Assembly (NCBI RefSeq): GCF_036321535.1
Contig: NC_087436.1
Span: forward strand, 122,080,001 to 122,144,000
Source of the DNA: Camelus dromedarius
Taxonomy: Eukaryota
Direction: 5' to 3'
DNA length: 64,000 nt
Under the pieces are notes generated by a model that ran no database searches, had not been told where the DNA came from, and saw only the letters and a program-made list of their open reading frames with translations. The position numbers and the translations under genes are program-made. Positions 62,741-64,000 of the stretch are shown here, piece after piece. Every line of letters starts with the position of its first letter. The first letter of the stretch is position 1.

Positions 62741-63782
62741 GACGCCTGCTGCCCTAGGTCCCTGGGCAAATCCTCCTTCACCCGCCTGCTGCCCTAGGTC
62801 CCTGGGCACATCCTCCTTCACCCGCCTGCTGCCCTAGGTCCCTGGGCACATCCTCCTTCACCCGCCTGCTGCCCTAGGTCCCTGGGCACATCCTCCTTCA
62901 CCCGCCTGCTGCCCTAGGTCCCTGGGCACATCCTCCTTCACCCGCCTGCTGCCCTAGGTCCCTGGGCACATCCTCCTTCACCCGCCTGCTGCCCTAGGTC
63001 CCTGGGCACATCCTCCTTCACCCGCCTGCTGCCCTAGGTCCCTGGGCACATCCTCCTTCACCCGCCTGCTGCCCTAGGTCCCTGGGCACATCCTCCTTCA
63101 CCCGCCTGCTGCCCTAGGTCCCTGGGCACATCCTCCTTCACCCGCCTGCTGCCCTAGGTCCCTGGGCACATCCTCCTTCACCCGCCTGCTGCCCTAGGTC
63201 CCTGGGCACATCCTCCTTCACCCGCCTGCTGCCCTAGGTCCCTGGGCACATCCTCCTTCACCCGCCTGCTGCCCTAGGTCCCTGGGCACATCCTCCTTCA
63301 CCCGCCTGCTGCCCTAGGTCCCTGGGCACATCCTCCTTCACCCGCCTGCTGCCCTAGGTCCCTGGGCACATCCTCCTTCACCCGCCTGCTGCCCTAGGTC
63401 CCTGGGCACATCCTCCTTCACCCGCCTGCTGCCCTAGGTCCCTGGGCACATCCTCCTTCACCCGCCTGCTGCCCTAGGTCCCTGGGCACATCCTCCTTCA
63501 CCCGCCTGCTGCCCTAGGTCCCTGGGCACATCCTCCTTCACCCGCCTGCTGCCCTAGGTCCCTGGGCACATCCTCCTTCACCCGCCTGCTGCCCTAGGTC
63601 CCTGGGCACATCCTCCTTCACCCGCCTGCTGCCCTAGGTCCCTGGGCACATCCTCCTTCACCCGCCTGCTGCCCTAGGTCCCTGGGCACATCCTCCTTCA
63701 CCCGCCTGCTGCCCTAGGTCCCTGGGCACATCCTCCTTCACCAACCTGCTGCCCTAGGTCCCTGAGCACATCCTCCTTCACC
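62741..63782. repeat. Minisatellite: 26 x 40 bp CCCGCCTGCTGCCCTAGGTCCCTGGGCACATCCTCCTTCA
   Basis: Read directly. The 24 internal units appear identical; only the first and last units carry variants. Confidence 0.98.
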
Positions 63783-64000
63783 TGATTACCACCCGGTCTC
63801 CTGGTCTCTACTCAGGAAACGTGTCCAGCAGGAAGCCCCACCTCATCCTCCCTCGCCCAAAGTCGATCAGATGCCTCTTTTCCTCTATGTATGGAGCCAA
63901 TATAATGAACATCTGTGTATCCATCATCTGCTTAAAAGCTTGCTTGGATACATTTAAAGCCCCCATTTATCCTTTCCCAAGTGTGTTCCTCCCAAATTAC

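Noticed and set aside
62741..63782. CRISPR-like array or coding repeat
   Set aside because: Units are contiguous with no unique spacers and the context is eukaryotic. The 40-bp period with CCTAGG puts TAG stops in all frames on both strands.

Overview
This is mammalian genomic DNA, probably camelid, judged from five copies of a tRNA-derived SINE resembling the camelid Vic-1 family. It holds the terminal coding exon of HAUS3 (3002-3235, +). About 1.8 kb downstream on the same strand are the first 14 coding exons of POLN (DNA polymerase nu; 5038-51243). These exons splice into one uninterrupted 578-codon frame, and the catalytic C-terminal exons lie beyond the window. The introns are dense with repeats: nested L1s with recognisable target-site duplications (TSDs), ERV1/ERVL/MaLR LTRs, a decayed ERVL provirus, MIR, L2 and hAT relics. 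There is also an intronic CpG island (~52.7-53.15 kb) and a 26-copy, 40-bp minisatellite (62741-63780). The most interesting observations are: phase compatibility that would allow an in-frame HAUS3-POLN fusion; a GC-AG intron in POLN; a poly(A)-tailed composite L1 carrying sense ORF1 but only antisense ORF2 scraps; an orphan CpG island; and signs of GC-biased drift in old repeats. Almost all entries in the ORF track are spurious. Gene and repeat names come from recognition of the sequence, not from database searches.
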